64,000 bases of DNA from an uncultured Clostridia bacterium (GCA_947625115.1 CANQND010000006.1:72-64071), one strand, 5' to 3'; positions 1 through 8,009 are shown, counted from the first letter of the stretch. Notes: generated from the sequence alone by a model not told the origin. Numbers and translations are program-made.

Positions 1-39
1 CCGCCACGGCGCGGCTGCGTTTAGTGGTCGCAACAGAAA

Positions 40-66
40 AGAGTACGCACAAGGCGCACTCTTTTT
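40..66. terminator. Hairpin with flanking A-run and T-run; possible bidirectional intrinsic terminator
   Basis: Stem agagtacgc (40-48), loop acaag, stem gcgcactct (54-62). The central pair is A.C on the + strand and G.U on the - strand. tttt follows on +, and tttct follows on the - strand. Confidence 0.4.
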
Positions 67-233
67 CTATTGCTTCTTTTTACTTGCCGCGCAATAGCTC
101 CGAATTCGGGAAGTTGAAATACGTAGCATTCCGCAACACTCTGCGTTGCTTCGCTCACCCTCGACTTGCTTGGGACGAATCCCATCTCTTCCGCCAAACT
201 AACCCAACCCGAACACACGGATTGGGTTACACT

Positions 234-461
234 TTACCAATTCCACACCAAATTATTTATGGTTAGATATTCTTGCATATCCGCAAGCATATCTAATCCG
301 TTTTTTGCGTTTTGAATTATTACATACAAATTGTATTCGTGATAGAATGAATAGTTTTGAAGTTTCACATACTGTTTCATCATCTCTTTCGCTTTTGTTT
401 CTAACGTTGCGTGCGGATCTGCAATTTTTAATATGGATATTAGATCGTCAATCGTAATCAT
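234..461 (-). CDS. Hypothetical small protein (75 aa), AT-rich, at the left edge of island 1
   Basis: ATG at 461 is preceded by AGGAGG (reverse complement of 466-471) with a 4-nt spacer. No motif recognised. Confidence 0.5.
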   Translation of the reverse strand: MITIDDLISILKIADPHATLETKAKEMMKQYVKLQNYSFYHEYNLYVIIQNAKNGLDMLADMQEYLTINNLVWNW

Positions 462-834
462 TTTTCCTCCTGTTGTGTTTATTATATCATAAGTTCAATG
501 CTCTGTTTTATTATTAAAATACGTTGCCATAGGGTTGAAATTCTGTGGAAACATTATAAATGTAGAAATTACTTAAAAATTTGCCGATTAGAACATGCAC
601 AGAAATACTAATTCCCAAATATAACAAGCAGTTCGCGGGCGTCCTCCATTCTCCGCCGTCTGCAATGATTGCAGTCAAGCCGTTGCTTTGATTTTTTGTA
701 TAGTGGGCGCTTTACTCGATATGCGCATAGCGACTGCCGACTTGTTCAAGTTAAACACCCGCCATTGGGACCGTTTTTTTGAAATATAAAATTTACAAAA
801 CTAAACATAATGTTTTCATATGCGAATAAAAGGG

Positions 835-863
835 TTGATTATTTTAATGCAAACTGCTATAAT
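835..863 (+). promoter_or_regulatory. Sigma-A-type promoter of the restriction-modification operon
   Basis: TTGATT (835-840), 17-nt spacer, TATAAT (858-863), 30 nt upstream of the HTH gene start. Confidence 0.6.
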
Positions 864-892
864 GTATTAAAATACTTCTTAAAGGTTTGTTT

Positions 893-1108
893 ATGGCGGT
901 AAGTTATAGTAAGTTATGGAAACTTCTGATAGACAAAAACATGTCGAAAACGGATTTGCGCATAAAAGCAGATATCGGGACGGCGACATTGGCAAAATTG
1001 GGCAAGAACCAACTTGTAAGTATGGATGTGCTTATGAGGATTTGCGGCGTTTTATCTTGTAATATTTCAGAAGTAATGGATATTTTGCCTGCGGAGGTAG
1101 AGAAATGA
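893..1108 (+). CDS. XRE/Cro-type helix-turn-helix regulator; likely restriction-modification controller (C) protein
   Basis: 71 aa. ATG at 893 after aaagg (the track start 887 is a TTG). HTH segment SKTDLRIKADIGTATLAKLGKNQ. The stop overlaps the next start (ATGA at 1105-1108). Confidence 0.75.
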   Translation: MAVSYSKLWKLLIDKNMSKTDLRIKADIGTATLAKLGKNQLVSMDVLMRICGVLSCNISEVMDILPAEVEK

Positions 1109-2265
1109 ATCGCTTAACTTACATCTCGTTATTCAGTAGTGCCGGTGTCGGTTGTTACGGATTTAAAATGGAAGGGTTTGAGTGCGTTGCGACAAACGAA
1201 CTCTTGTCCAAAAGGTTGACTGTTCAAAAATGTAACAATAAGTGTAAATATGAAACAGGATATATTCTTGGCGATATTTTATTGGACGAAACAAAGCAAA
1301 AAATACTTGATCAACTACAATTATGGAAAGAACAAGAACAACTAACCGACTTGACGGTTTTAATTGCCACCCCTCCATGTCAAGGCATGTCGGTTGCTAA
1401 TCATAAGAAAAAAGACGAGCACAAACGCAATTCTCTGGTTGTTGCCTCTTTATCTTTGATTAAAGAGATTGGCCCCAAATATTTTGTTTTAGAAAACGTC
1501 AAAGCTTTCTTAAACACTATTTGTACTGATATAGACGGCACCGACAAAAGAATCCAACAGGCTATCAATGACAACTTGTCAATGAATTACAATATAGAAT
1601 TTAAGGTTCTGAATTTTAAGAATTATGGCGCCAATTCGAGCAGAACCCGAACGCTTGTAATAGGCGTTAGAAAAGATATACTGTGTAAACCAAGTAACTT
1701 ATATCCTGAATATCGAGAAGAGTCGACCATTCGTCAAATTATTGGAGACTTGCCGTCGTTGAAAACTATGGGCGAAATATATTCAAAGGACATATTTCAC
1801 TATTTCAGGCCCTATTCGCCGGAAATGCGCCGCTGGATAGAGGATTTGAAAGAAGGGGAGTGTGCTTTTAATAATACTGACAAAAGCAAATTGCCCCATT
1901 ATTATAAGAACGGGAAAAAAATATACACGAAAAACGGCAATGCCGATAAATATACGCGTCAATATTGGGATAAAGTTGCGCCGTGCATTCACACACGCAA
2001 CGATATTTTGGCTAGTCAAAATACCATTCATCCAACAGATGACAGAGTGTTCAGTATTCGTGAGTTAATGAGATTTATGTCTATTCCACAATCATTTAGA
2101 TGGACAAACCATTCTTTGGAAGAGTTGAATGAATTGTCTTTTACGGATAAAACGAAATATTTGGCTACAAATGATATAAATATACGCCAATCTATAGGGG
2201 AAGCTGTCCCAACTGAAATTTTTAGACAAGTGGCAGAAGCGATAAAAAAGGTTGAATGCAAATGA
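1105..2265 (+). CDS. DNA (cytosine-5)-methyltransferase
   Basis: m5C motifs: FSSAGVGCYG (I), TPPCQGMS (IV, PCQ), LENV (VI), SSRTRTLVIG (VIII-like), GEAVP (X). GGAGG lies 7 nt upstream of the ATG. Confidence 0.9.
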   Translation: MNRLTYISLFSSAGVGCYGFKMEGFECVATNELLSKRLTVQKCNNKCKYETGYILGDILLDETKQKILDQLQLWKEQEQLTDLTVLIATPPCQGMSVANHKKKDEHKRNSLVVASLSLIKEIGPKYFVLENVKAFLNTICTDIDGTDKRIQQAINDNLSMNYNIEFKVLNFKNYGANSSRTRTLVIGVRKDILCKPSNLYPEYREESTIRQIIGDLPSLKTMGEIYSKDIFHYFRPYSPEMRRWIEDLKEGECAFNNTDKSKLPHYYKNGKKIYTKNGNADKYTRQYWDKVAPCIHTRNDILASQNTIHPTDDRVFSIRELMRFMSIPQSFRWTNHSLEELNELSFTDKTKYLATNDINIRQSIGEAVPTEIFRQVAEAIKKVECK

Positions 2266-3596
2266 CATTGCAAGAGTTTACATATAAATACAACATTTCA
2301 AATTTAGATGATTTGGTAAATTGTATAAAAAAATACGGGAAACGACTTCCCGTAGATTGTGTATATCAAACAGCAGAATATTTGAACCCAAACCGCGATT
2401 CAACTGCCGCTTTTTATACTTGTACACAGATTTGCAAAAGAATTATGGATGAATTGCCTGACTTTGACGACAAGGAGCATGTAACAGTATTAGAACCGTC
2501 TGCGGGGGCAGGTAATTTTATCCCGTTTGTTGCGGAGAAATATAAAAATAAGAAATTACTTGAATTGTATTTGGTAGATATTGATGCCAATGAACTTGAA
2601 ATAGCAAAATTAATTTTTGAAACCTTTTTCAGAGAAAAGTATCCTAACATTTCAATAATATACATTCATGCTGACTACTTGAAGTTCAGTATTTCCGTAA
2701 AAAAATTTGATTTGGTGATAGGAAATCCGCCATACGCTAAAATCAAAGATTATAAACTACAGAGTGAATATAAAAAGAATAGTAAGATATCAAAAAGCGT
2801 CAACTTGTTCGTTTGGTTTTTGGAAAAAGCGTATAAAGAGGGAGAATGGGTATCCCTTATCGTACCCAAAAGTGTTTTGAACGCTCCGGAATATGATGAA
2901 ATTCGCAACCTTCTCAAACAAACAAAAGTTTCTTCTATCATTGACTTTGGCGAGAGTGGTTTTAAAGGTGTCAAAATAGAAACAATAAATTTAATTTTTA
3001 GTACAAATGCAACACCAAGCACAACTCATGTATTATCGATAACGCAAAAATTTGACATAATTCAACCACAAGATTATATTACGGATAGTAAATATCCATC
3101 TTGGCTTATATATAGAAGCGACACATTTGACAAAACCGCCGACAGCCTGCTTTTAGGAGTTTTTGAAGTATTCCGAGATCGACAAATTGTCAATTCAATG
3201 CTTTTCAATAGCGGAAAATATAGAGTGTTAAAATCCAGAAACATAGGAATCAATCAAATTATTGATATCAAAGGATATGATTCCTATATATCTGATATTA
3301 ACGAACTTGCCGTTGCGCGTTTTTTAAATCAACCAAATATAATTCTTGTGCCCAATTTAAGTTATACCCCGCGTTCTTGTTTTTTACCGCAGAACACCAT
3401 TGCCAATGGATCCGTTGCATTACTAACGACAAAAAATAAAAATATCGTAATAACAAGTGAGGATTTGGCATTCTTCGCAACAGAAGAGTTCCGTATTTAC
3501 TATAGAATTGCTCGTAATTTTGGCACGCGCTCACTTAATATAGATAGCAATTCCGTTTTTTATTTCGGAATAAGGAGAAAAGCCTATGACAGATAG
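2256..3596 (+). CDS. N6-adenine DNA methyltransferase (NPPY type, motif I before motif IV)
   Basis: LEPSAGAGNF (AdoMet motif I) and DLVIGNPPYAK (motif IV). Overlaps the upstream gene by 10 nt; an alternative ATG at 2262 forms an ATGA overlap. Confidence 0.85.
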   Translation: MQMTLQEFTYKYNISNLDDLVNCIKKYGKRLPVDCVYQTAEYLNPNRDSTAAFYTCTQICKRIMDELPDFDDKEHVTVLEPSAGAGNFIPFVAEKYKNKKLLELYLVDIDANELEIAKLIFETFFREKYPNISIIYIHADYLKFSISVKKFDLVIGNPPYAKIKDYKLQSEYKKNSKISKSVNLFVWFLEKAYKEGEWVSLIVPKSVLNAPEYDEIRNLLKQTKVSSIIDFGESGFKGVKIETINLIFSTNATPSTTHVLSITQKFDIIQPQDYITDSKYPSWLIYRSDTFDKTADSLLLGVFEVFRDRQIVNSMLFNSGKYRVLKSRNIGINQIIDIKGYDSYISDINELAVARFLNQPNIILVPNLSYTPRSCFLPQNTIANGSVALLTTKNKNIVITSEDLAFFATEEFRIYYRIARNFGTRSLNIDSNSVFYFGIRRKAYDR

Positions 3597-4812
3597 TCAA
3601 GTAATAGAATTCTTAGACTCAAATAACTATGATTTGCGCATTTCTCATAATGCACGTTGGATAGATCAAAAATGCACGCCCGATGTATTGTGTGTCGTTG
3701 CCGATTGTATTGTTAATTATATTGGCAATAATGAAACTGATATAACATTTACATCTAAAGATATTTGGTTTTCCGATTATGCCATAGAAAATGTACATGC
3801 TATTTTTAGAAAGGTTGATGTTGATAGCTATTCCGCATCTAATGAATATGACAAATTTTTTGGACAACCAATTAAACTTTTTGCCTATTCGGGCATATTA
3901 CAAGAAACTAAAATCGGCAAATGTAATTTCTATAAAGTGGACCGCCGCGATGTCTTGGAATTTATTTCTTTGCGTGAGCGAAATGCTTTGCGCTTTTTAA
4001 CAAACTATATAAATAAAGTCCTTGTAGATTCCGGATTAAATACTGTCTTTTCAAAATTTTTTGAAATACAAACAGCTGACGCCTATGAATATTTAAAAGA
4101 AGCCTTTTGTACTTTTACTGTTGGCAATACCAATATAGGTAGTCGCGGTTCATCGGGAAGACTCGAATGTGGAAGAATTTTCACCAAAGTAGTGAACATT
4201 TTAGCCTTTGCTCTTAACAAAAGAGGCACCGAACGAGGACGCATTTCTCAGCACGCAATCACTTATGATATGTTGATGTATAATCGGGACAATTTTAGAG
4301 ACATTTATGCAGAAAAACCAAAGTCTATTTCTCGTAAAGACTATCAGGCTCAGCGGCATATCGTTGTAAACGAAGCATATTTTCGTTATATGTCATTTAA
4401 AGCAAAACGCAGATTAAAAGAATATAATGATGAATACAGAAGTGGATTAAGTGAAATGCCCGGTGATATGGAGAAAGCCACGCATATTCACCATATTTTT
4501 CCTATGAGCGAATTCCCCGAAATATCTTATTTTATGGAAAACTTAATTGCATTGACCCCAAATCAACATTTGAACTATGCTCATCCGAATGGCAAAACAA
4601 CAACAATCAACAAATCTTATCAGTATGACTGTTTGTTAGTTAAAATTGACATTATCAAGAACAATCTGGAAAAAGATAATGCGTCAATTTACTCATTTGA
4701 AGATTTGTTGCATGTCCTATACGTTGGCTTTGATGACTTATCATTCCTTGAAATAGAGCGAAATGATTACTGTGGAATAAAGGCCAAAGTGCAATTAAAA
4801 TATATCATTTAA
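3586..4812 (+). CDS. Putative restriction endonuclease with a C-terminal H-N-H nuclease motif
   Basis: THIHHIFPMSEFPEISYFMENLIALTPNQHLNYAH near the C-terminus. AAGGAG lies 8 nt upstream. 11-nt overlap with the preceding methyltransferase. It is the last gene of the coupled operon. Confidence 0.7.
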   Translation: MTDSQVIEFLDSNNYDLRISHNARWIDQKCTPDVLCVVADCIVNYIGNNETDITFTSKDIWFSDYAIENVHAIFRKVDVDSYSASNEYDKFFGQPIKLFAYSGILQETKIGKCNFYKVDRRDVLEFISLRERNALRFLTNYINKVLVDSGLNTVFSKFFEIQTADAYEYLKEAFCTFTVGNTNIGSRGSSGRLECGRIFTKVVNILAFALNKRGTERGRISQHAITYDMLMYNRDNFRDIYAEKPKSISRKDYQAQRHIVVNEAYFRYMSFKAKRRLKEYNDEYRSGLSEMPGDMEKATHIHHIFPMSEFPEISYFMENLIALTPNQHLNYAHPNGKTTTINKSYQYDCLLVKIDIIKNNLEKDNASIYSFEDLLHVLYVGFDDLSFLEIERNDYCGIKAKVQLKYII

Positions 4813-5018
4813 TAAAAAGTCATATTAAATTTTTTGTATAAAATATTAATGATATTCGATTCAACCTCTCGGTTTATCGTCGTGTATGGTATTAAACATA
4901 AAGGGACAATCGGCAAATACCCTTATTGGATAATAAGTGTTGCCCTGCTTTTAATACCTGTTTTAACTTTACTATTGGTGTTTGGAAGTTTAGAAGATTG
5001 TCAAAAGATAATATCGCG

Positions 5019-5498
5019 TCAAGCGGCGTTAATAAATTGTTGCAACTCCTCTACGGTCATTTTCCCTTCCGCTATCGCTTGAAATTTGTCGTTGAATTTG
5101 TCTACCATATTGCAGGAGAGCATTACCATATAGCGGCACACTTCGGCACTTAAAAGGCTTTCCATATACGGTATAACGAGCTTAAACGCAACAAAACCGT
5201 CGGAGTGGTCCATCTCGAAACTGCCGTTTAGCATAGACCAATTTGCGCGGATAAGCGCGAGAGCCATTGTGTCGCGCAGCTGTTCGGGGACGGCAAACGG
5301 CATAGGAGATTTGAGATACATAAGTTGCCTCTCCACGTCTATACATATTGCCAAGCGCATTGCCAGATCTTTCCCGACGGCAGACGTGTACACGCAAAAT
5401 TGGTTTTCCTGTTCTTCGCCGTTGTACTTCCACTCCATTTTGTCAAGCGTGCCGCAGAGGGTGTTGTACAGGTTTTTTGCTTCGCTGAATTTCGACAT
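5019..5498 (-). CDS. YbjN-like (type III chaperone-like fold) protein, paralogue 3
   Basis: 159 aa from the ATG at 5498, with AAGGGGTG upstream. Alignable by eye along its length with the ORFs at 44478 and 44960 (shared pattern NWKYD/EWKY, VD..RQL, N....G.F..D, F.L...Y, DKFN/NDKF). Confidence 0.65.
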   Translation of the reverse strand: MSKFSEAKNLYNTLCGTLDKMEWKYNGEEQENQFCVYTSAVGKDLAMRLAICIDVERQLMYLKSPMPFAVPEQLRDTMALALIRANWSMLNGSFEMDHSDGFVAFKLVIPYMESLLSAEVCRYMVMLSCNMVDKFNDKFQAIAEGKMTVEELQQFINAA

Positions 5499-5622
5499 TG
5501 TTTCACCCCTTTTTTGTGATAAGAAAATTATAACACTTTTGGAAACAAAACGCAATACCTCAAACGGCACAAAAACACCGCAGATACATATAATCCGCAA
5601 AATTTTGGGCAATAATCTCAAT

Positions 5623-5769
5623 ATGAAATGCAGTGAATGTAACAACGAAATAAACGCCAACGACTACTGCGTCTGCACAAAATGCCGTCAGAAAGTCTGC
5701 CCCGACTGCGCGCAGAAAAACTCCTTTGTGTGCGCAAAATGCGGAGGAGATATAGCCTACCTTTCCTGA
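5623..5769 (+). CDS. Small double zinc-ribbon protein (48 aa)
   Basis: MKCSEC..CVCTKC..CPDC..CAKC gives four CxxC pairs in 48 aa. No clear ribosome-binding site, so coding status is uncertain. Confidence 0.4.
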   Translation: MKCSECNNEINANDYCVCTKCRQKVCPDCAQKNSFVCAKCGGDIAYLS

Positions 5770-5785
5770 AAACTTGTAGCGCGCA

Positions 5786-7105
5786 TTACAAAATGTCCGC
5801 CAATTTGTCCACGTCGCCCGCGCCCAAAATCAGCAAGGTGTCGTCTGCCCCGCAATTGCCGAATATCCATTGACGGACTGAGGCGAAATCGGGTTGAAAG
5901 CAGGCGTTTAGCCCTCTTTCCGCCGCCGATTGAGCAAGCAGATATGAGTTTACCCCCGCAATGGGTTTTTCTCGCGCAGAATATACGGGCAAATACGCCA
6001 CCGCGTCGGCTTGGCGAAAACACTCGGCAAACTCCGTCCAGAACGCCCGCGTGCGCGAATAAGTGTGCGGTTGAAACACGCACAATACGCGTCCCTTTGT
6101 CATACTCCGCGCCGTCGCTACGGAACAGGCTATTTCCGTCGGGTGATGAGCGTAGTCCAAAACCGTTTTGCCAATCCCGTCTACGATACGTTCGGTCCAA
6201 CGCCGATCTACGCCGTTAAAATCTTTTAGCGCGGAAACTGCCGTTTGCGGCGGAATGTTCAGTAAATCCGCCACCGCAAGCACCGCGAGAGCATTGCGTA
6301 CGTTGTGTTCGCCCGGTACGCTCAACTGCACCTGTTGCGCGCCTTGCGGCGTTGATACGTTAAATTTGCAACAGCCGTCGATCGCGCGTATGTTTTCTGC
6401 CGAAAACGCCTTGTCGAAAAGGATTTTGTTGCGATGAGGAAACAACCCCTTTAATTCGCTCGGCAACACAACATAGCCGCTTTTGCCTACGCTGTTGCAA
6501 AACCGAGCAAAAGCTCTTTTTACGTCGTCAAAATCTTTGTAACAATCGGGGTGATCGAGTTCTGCGTTAAGACAAACGCATACCGTCGGGCGCAAACATA
6601 AAAAGCTGCGATTAAATTCGCAAGCCTCAGCCACCACCACTTTGTTTCCGAAAAAATAGTTGTTGCCGCGGTACACGCCCCCGATAAAAGCCGTATGATC
6701 GACTTTTGCTTCCGTCAACAGTTGGTGCAACATTGCGGTAACCGTGGTTTTGCCGTGGGTGCCGCACACCGCTATGCGCGTTTCAAAGCTGTTGAATATC
6801 CCTCCCAGAACTTCTTCTCTCAACGCCACGGGTATGCCGCAAGACAAAGCGCGTTCGACTTCTGGATTATCCAAGGGAACCGCGCTTGTTCGCACAACAA
6901 GTTCTGCGCCGTCTACGTTATCCGCATTGTGACCTATATGTACCCTTATTCCCAAATTGCGCAATGCGTCTGTTCGTTCCGATTGCACGCGGTCGCTACC
7001 GCTCACTTCGTAACCCAACTTTTGCAGATGTTGCATAAGTCCGCTCATACCGATACCGCCGCACCCCACAAAATGCACGCGGTGCGGAATTTCTTCCAAT
7101 TTCAT
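5786..7105 (-). CDS. murC: UDP-N-acetylmuramate--L-alanine ligase
   Basis: N-terminus VHFVGCGGIGMSGLMQHL, Mur ligase P-loop CGTHGKTTVT, typical length of 439 aa. Confidence 0.95.
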   Translation of the reverse strand: MKLEEIPHRVHFVGCGGIGMSGLMQHLQKLGYEVSGSDRVQSERTDALRNLGIRVHIGHNADNVDGAELVVRTSAVPLDNPEVERALSCGIPVALREEVLGGIFNSFETRIAVCGTHGKTTVTAMLHQLLTEAKVDHTAFIGGVYRGNNYFFGNKVVVAEACEFNRSFLCLRPTVCVCLNAELDHPDCYKDFDDVKRAFARFCNSVGKSGYVVLPSELKGLFPHRNKILFDKAFSAENIRAIDGCCKFNVSTPQGAQQVQLSVPGEHNVRNALAVLAVADLLNIPPQTAVSALKDFNGVDRRWTERIVDGIGKTVLDYAHHPTEIACSVATARSMTKGRVLCVFQPHTYSRTRAFWTEFAECFRQADAVAYLPVYSAREKPIAGVNSYLLAQSAAERGLNACFQPDFASVRQWIFGNCGADDTLLILGAGDVDKLADIL

Positions 7106-7192
7106 ACTGTACTATATGTTTTTGCAGATAATTTTGTGTACCGAATTGGATCGGCGAACAAACGAACTTGCGGGCAGGTATCTAAAAAACGC

Positions 7193-7221
7193 TTGACTAA
7201 TACTTGATAACATCGTATAAT
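7193..7221 (+). promoter_or_regulatory. Sigma-A-type promoter of rpmE
   Basis: TTGACT (7193-7198), 17-nt spacer, TATAAT (7216-7221). Confidence 0.6.
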
Positions 7222-7254
7222 GATAACGCAAAAATTTGAAGAGAGGTGCGAACA

Positions 7255-7461
7255 ATGAAACAAGGTATACATCCGAATTATCATCAAGCGACTGTTGTAT
7301 GTGCTTGCGGCGCAACTTTCCAAACGGGTACAACCAAGGATACGGATATTATCAAGGTTGAAATCTGCAACAAATGCCACCCGTATTTTACGGGAAAGCA
7401 AAAGTTGGTAGACGCCGGCGGAAGAGTAGACAAGTTCAAAAAGAAATACGGTCTGCAATAA
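7255..7461 (+). CDS. rpmE: 50S ribosomal protein L31 (Cys-containing type A)
   Basis: [19 protein letters not shown]...[30 protein letters not shown] at 7255 after GAGAGG (the track start 7246 is a GTG). Confidence 0.95.
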   Translation: MKQGIHPNYHQATVVCACGATFQTGTTKDTDIIKVEICNKCHPYFTGKQKLVDAGGRVDKFKKKYGLQ

Positions 7462-7469
7462 TGAGAACA

Positions 7470-7500
7470 AGAGAACGACTTCGGTTGTTCTCTTTTATTT
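7470..7500 (+). terminator. Intrinsic terminator of rpmE (repeat copy 1)
   Basis: Stem agagaacgac, loop ttcg, stem gttgttctct, followed by ttttattt. Confidence 0.8.
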
Positions 7501-7535
7501 TGCTTTTTGCTACTCTGCCGTCGCTTGCTGTGGGT

Positions 7536-7715
7536 CATCAAGCGACTGTTGTATGTACTTGCGGCGCAACTTTCCAAACGGGTACAACCAAGGATACGGA
7601 TATTATCAAGGTTGAAATCTGCAACAAATGCCACCCGTACTTTACGGGAAAGCAAAAGTTGGTAGACGCGGGCGGAAGAGTGGACAAGTTCAAAAAGAAA
7701 TACGGTCTGCAATAA
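7536..7715 (+). pseudogene. 5'-truncated rpmE copy (codons 10-68 plus stop), repeat unit 2
   Basis: L31 reading frame is intact from H10 to TAA. It lacks the MKQGIHPNY start. Only an in-frame GTG (7530) without a ribosome-binding site precedes it. Confidence 0.6.
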
Positions 7716-7723
7716 TGAGAACA

Positions 7724-7754
7724 AGAGAACGACTTCGGTTGTTCTCTTTTATTT
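7724..7754 (+). terminator. Intrinsic terminator (repeat copy 2)
   Basis: Same hairpin as 7470-7500, 254 nt downstream, followed by ttttatttt. Confidence 0.75.
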
Positions 7755-7789
7755 TACTCACTTCACCTCTGCCGTCGCTTGCTGTGGGT

Positions 7790-7969
7790 CATCAAGCGAC
7801 TGTTGTATGTGCTTGCGGCGCAACTTTCCAAACGGGTACAACCAAGGATACGGATATCATCAAGGTTGAAATCTGCAACAAATGCCACCCGTACTTTACG
7901 GGAAAGCAAAAGTTGGTAGACGCCGGCGGAAGAGTGGACAAGTTCAAGAAAAAATACGGTCTGCAATAG
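7790..7969 (+). pseudogene. 5'-truncated rpmE copy (codons 10-68 plus stop), repeat unit 3
   Basis: L31 frame is intact from H10 to TAG. It lacks the first 9 codons. An in-frame GTG at 7784 has no ribosome-binding site. Confidence 0.6.
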
Positions 7970-7977
7970 TAAAAGCA

Positions 7978-8009
7978 AGAGGACGACTTCGGTTGTTCTC
8001 TTTTATTTT
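7978..8009 (+). terminator. Intrinsic terminator (repeat copy 3)
   Basis: Stem agaggacgac, loop ttcg, stem gttgttctct, followed by ttttatttt. Confidence 0.75.

Noticed and set aside
168-196. tRNA-like 3' end (gggacgaatcccatctcttccgcca, resembling ...GGTTCGAATCCC...CCGCCA of tRNA-Ser) as a possible att site for island 1
   Set aside because: The putative T-arm folds as a 5-bp stem with a 4-nt loop rather than a 7-nt T-loop. The upstream ~90 nt give no D-arm, anticodon arm or matching acceptor strand (ggaagtt vs ctcttcc pairs at only 5 of 7 positions). No second copy of the segment is found at the other island boundary.
4834-5153. Small + strand ORFs (82 and 75 aa) in the AT-rich tail after the HNH gene
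   Set aside because: They have no ribosome-binding site. They overlap the 3' end of the well-supported minus-strand YbjN-like gene and have a hydrophobic, low-complexity composition typical of AT-rich non-coding DNA.
5757-7207. Several 60-170-aa ORFs overlapping murC on both strands (for example 5757-6200, 6695-7207)
   Set aside because: They lie nested in or antisense to a full-length, motif-rich murC. They are Arg/Ala/Gly-rich out-of-frame translations without start signals.
7374-7969. Two 113-aa ORFs (7374-7715 and 7628-7969) that look like novel L31 fusion proteins
   Set aside because: Each starts in the +2 frame of one repeat unit, reads through the stop codon region and the terminator hairpin, and enters the L31 frame of the next unit only because the period (254) is not a multiple of 3. 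The differences between copies are replacements in that N-terminal frame. There is no ribosome-binding site at the ATG.
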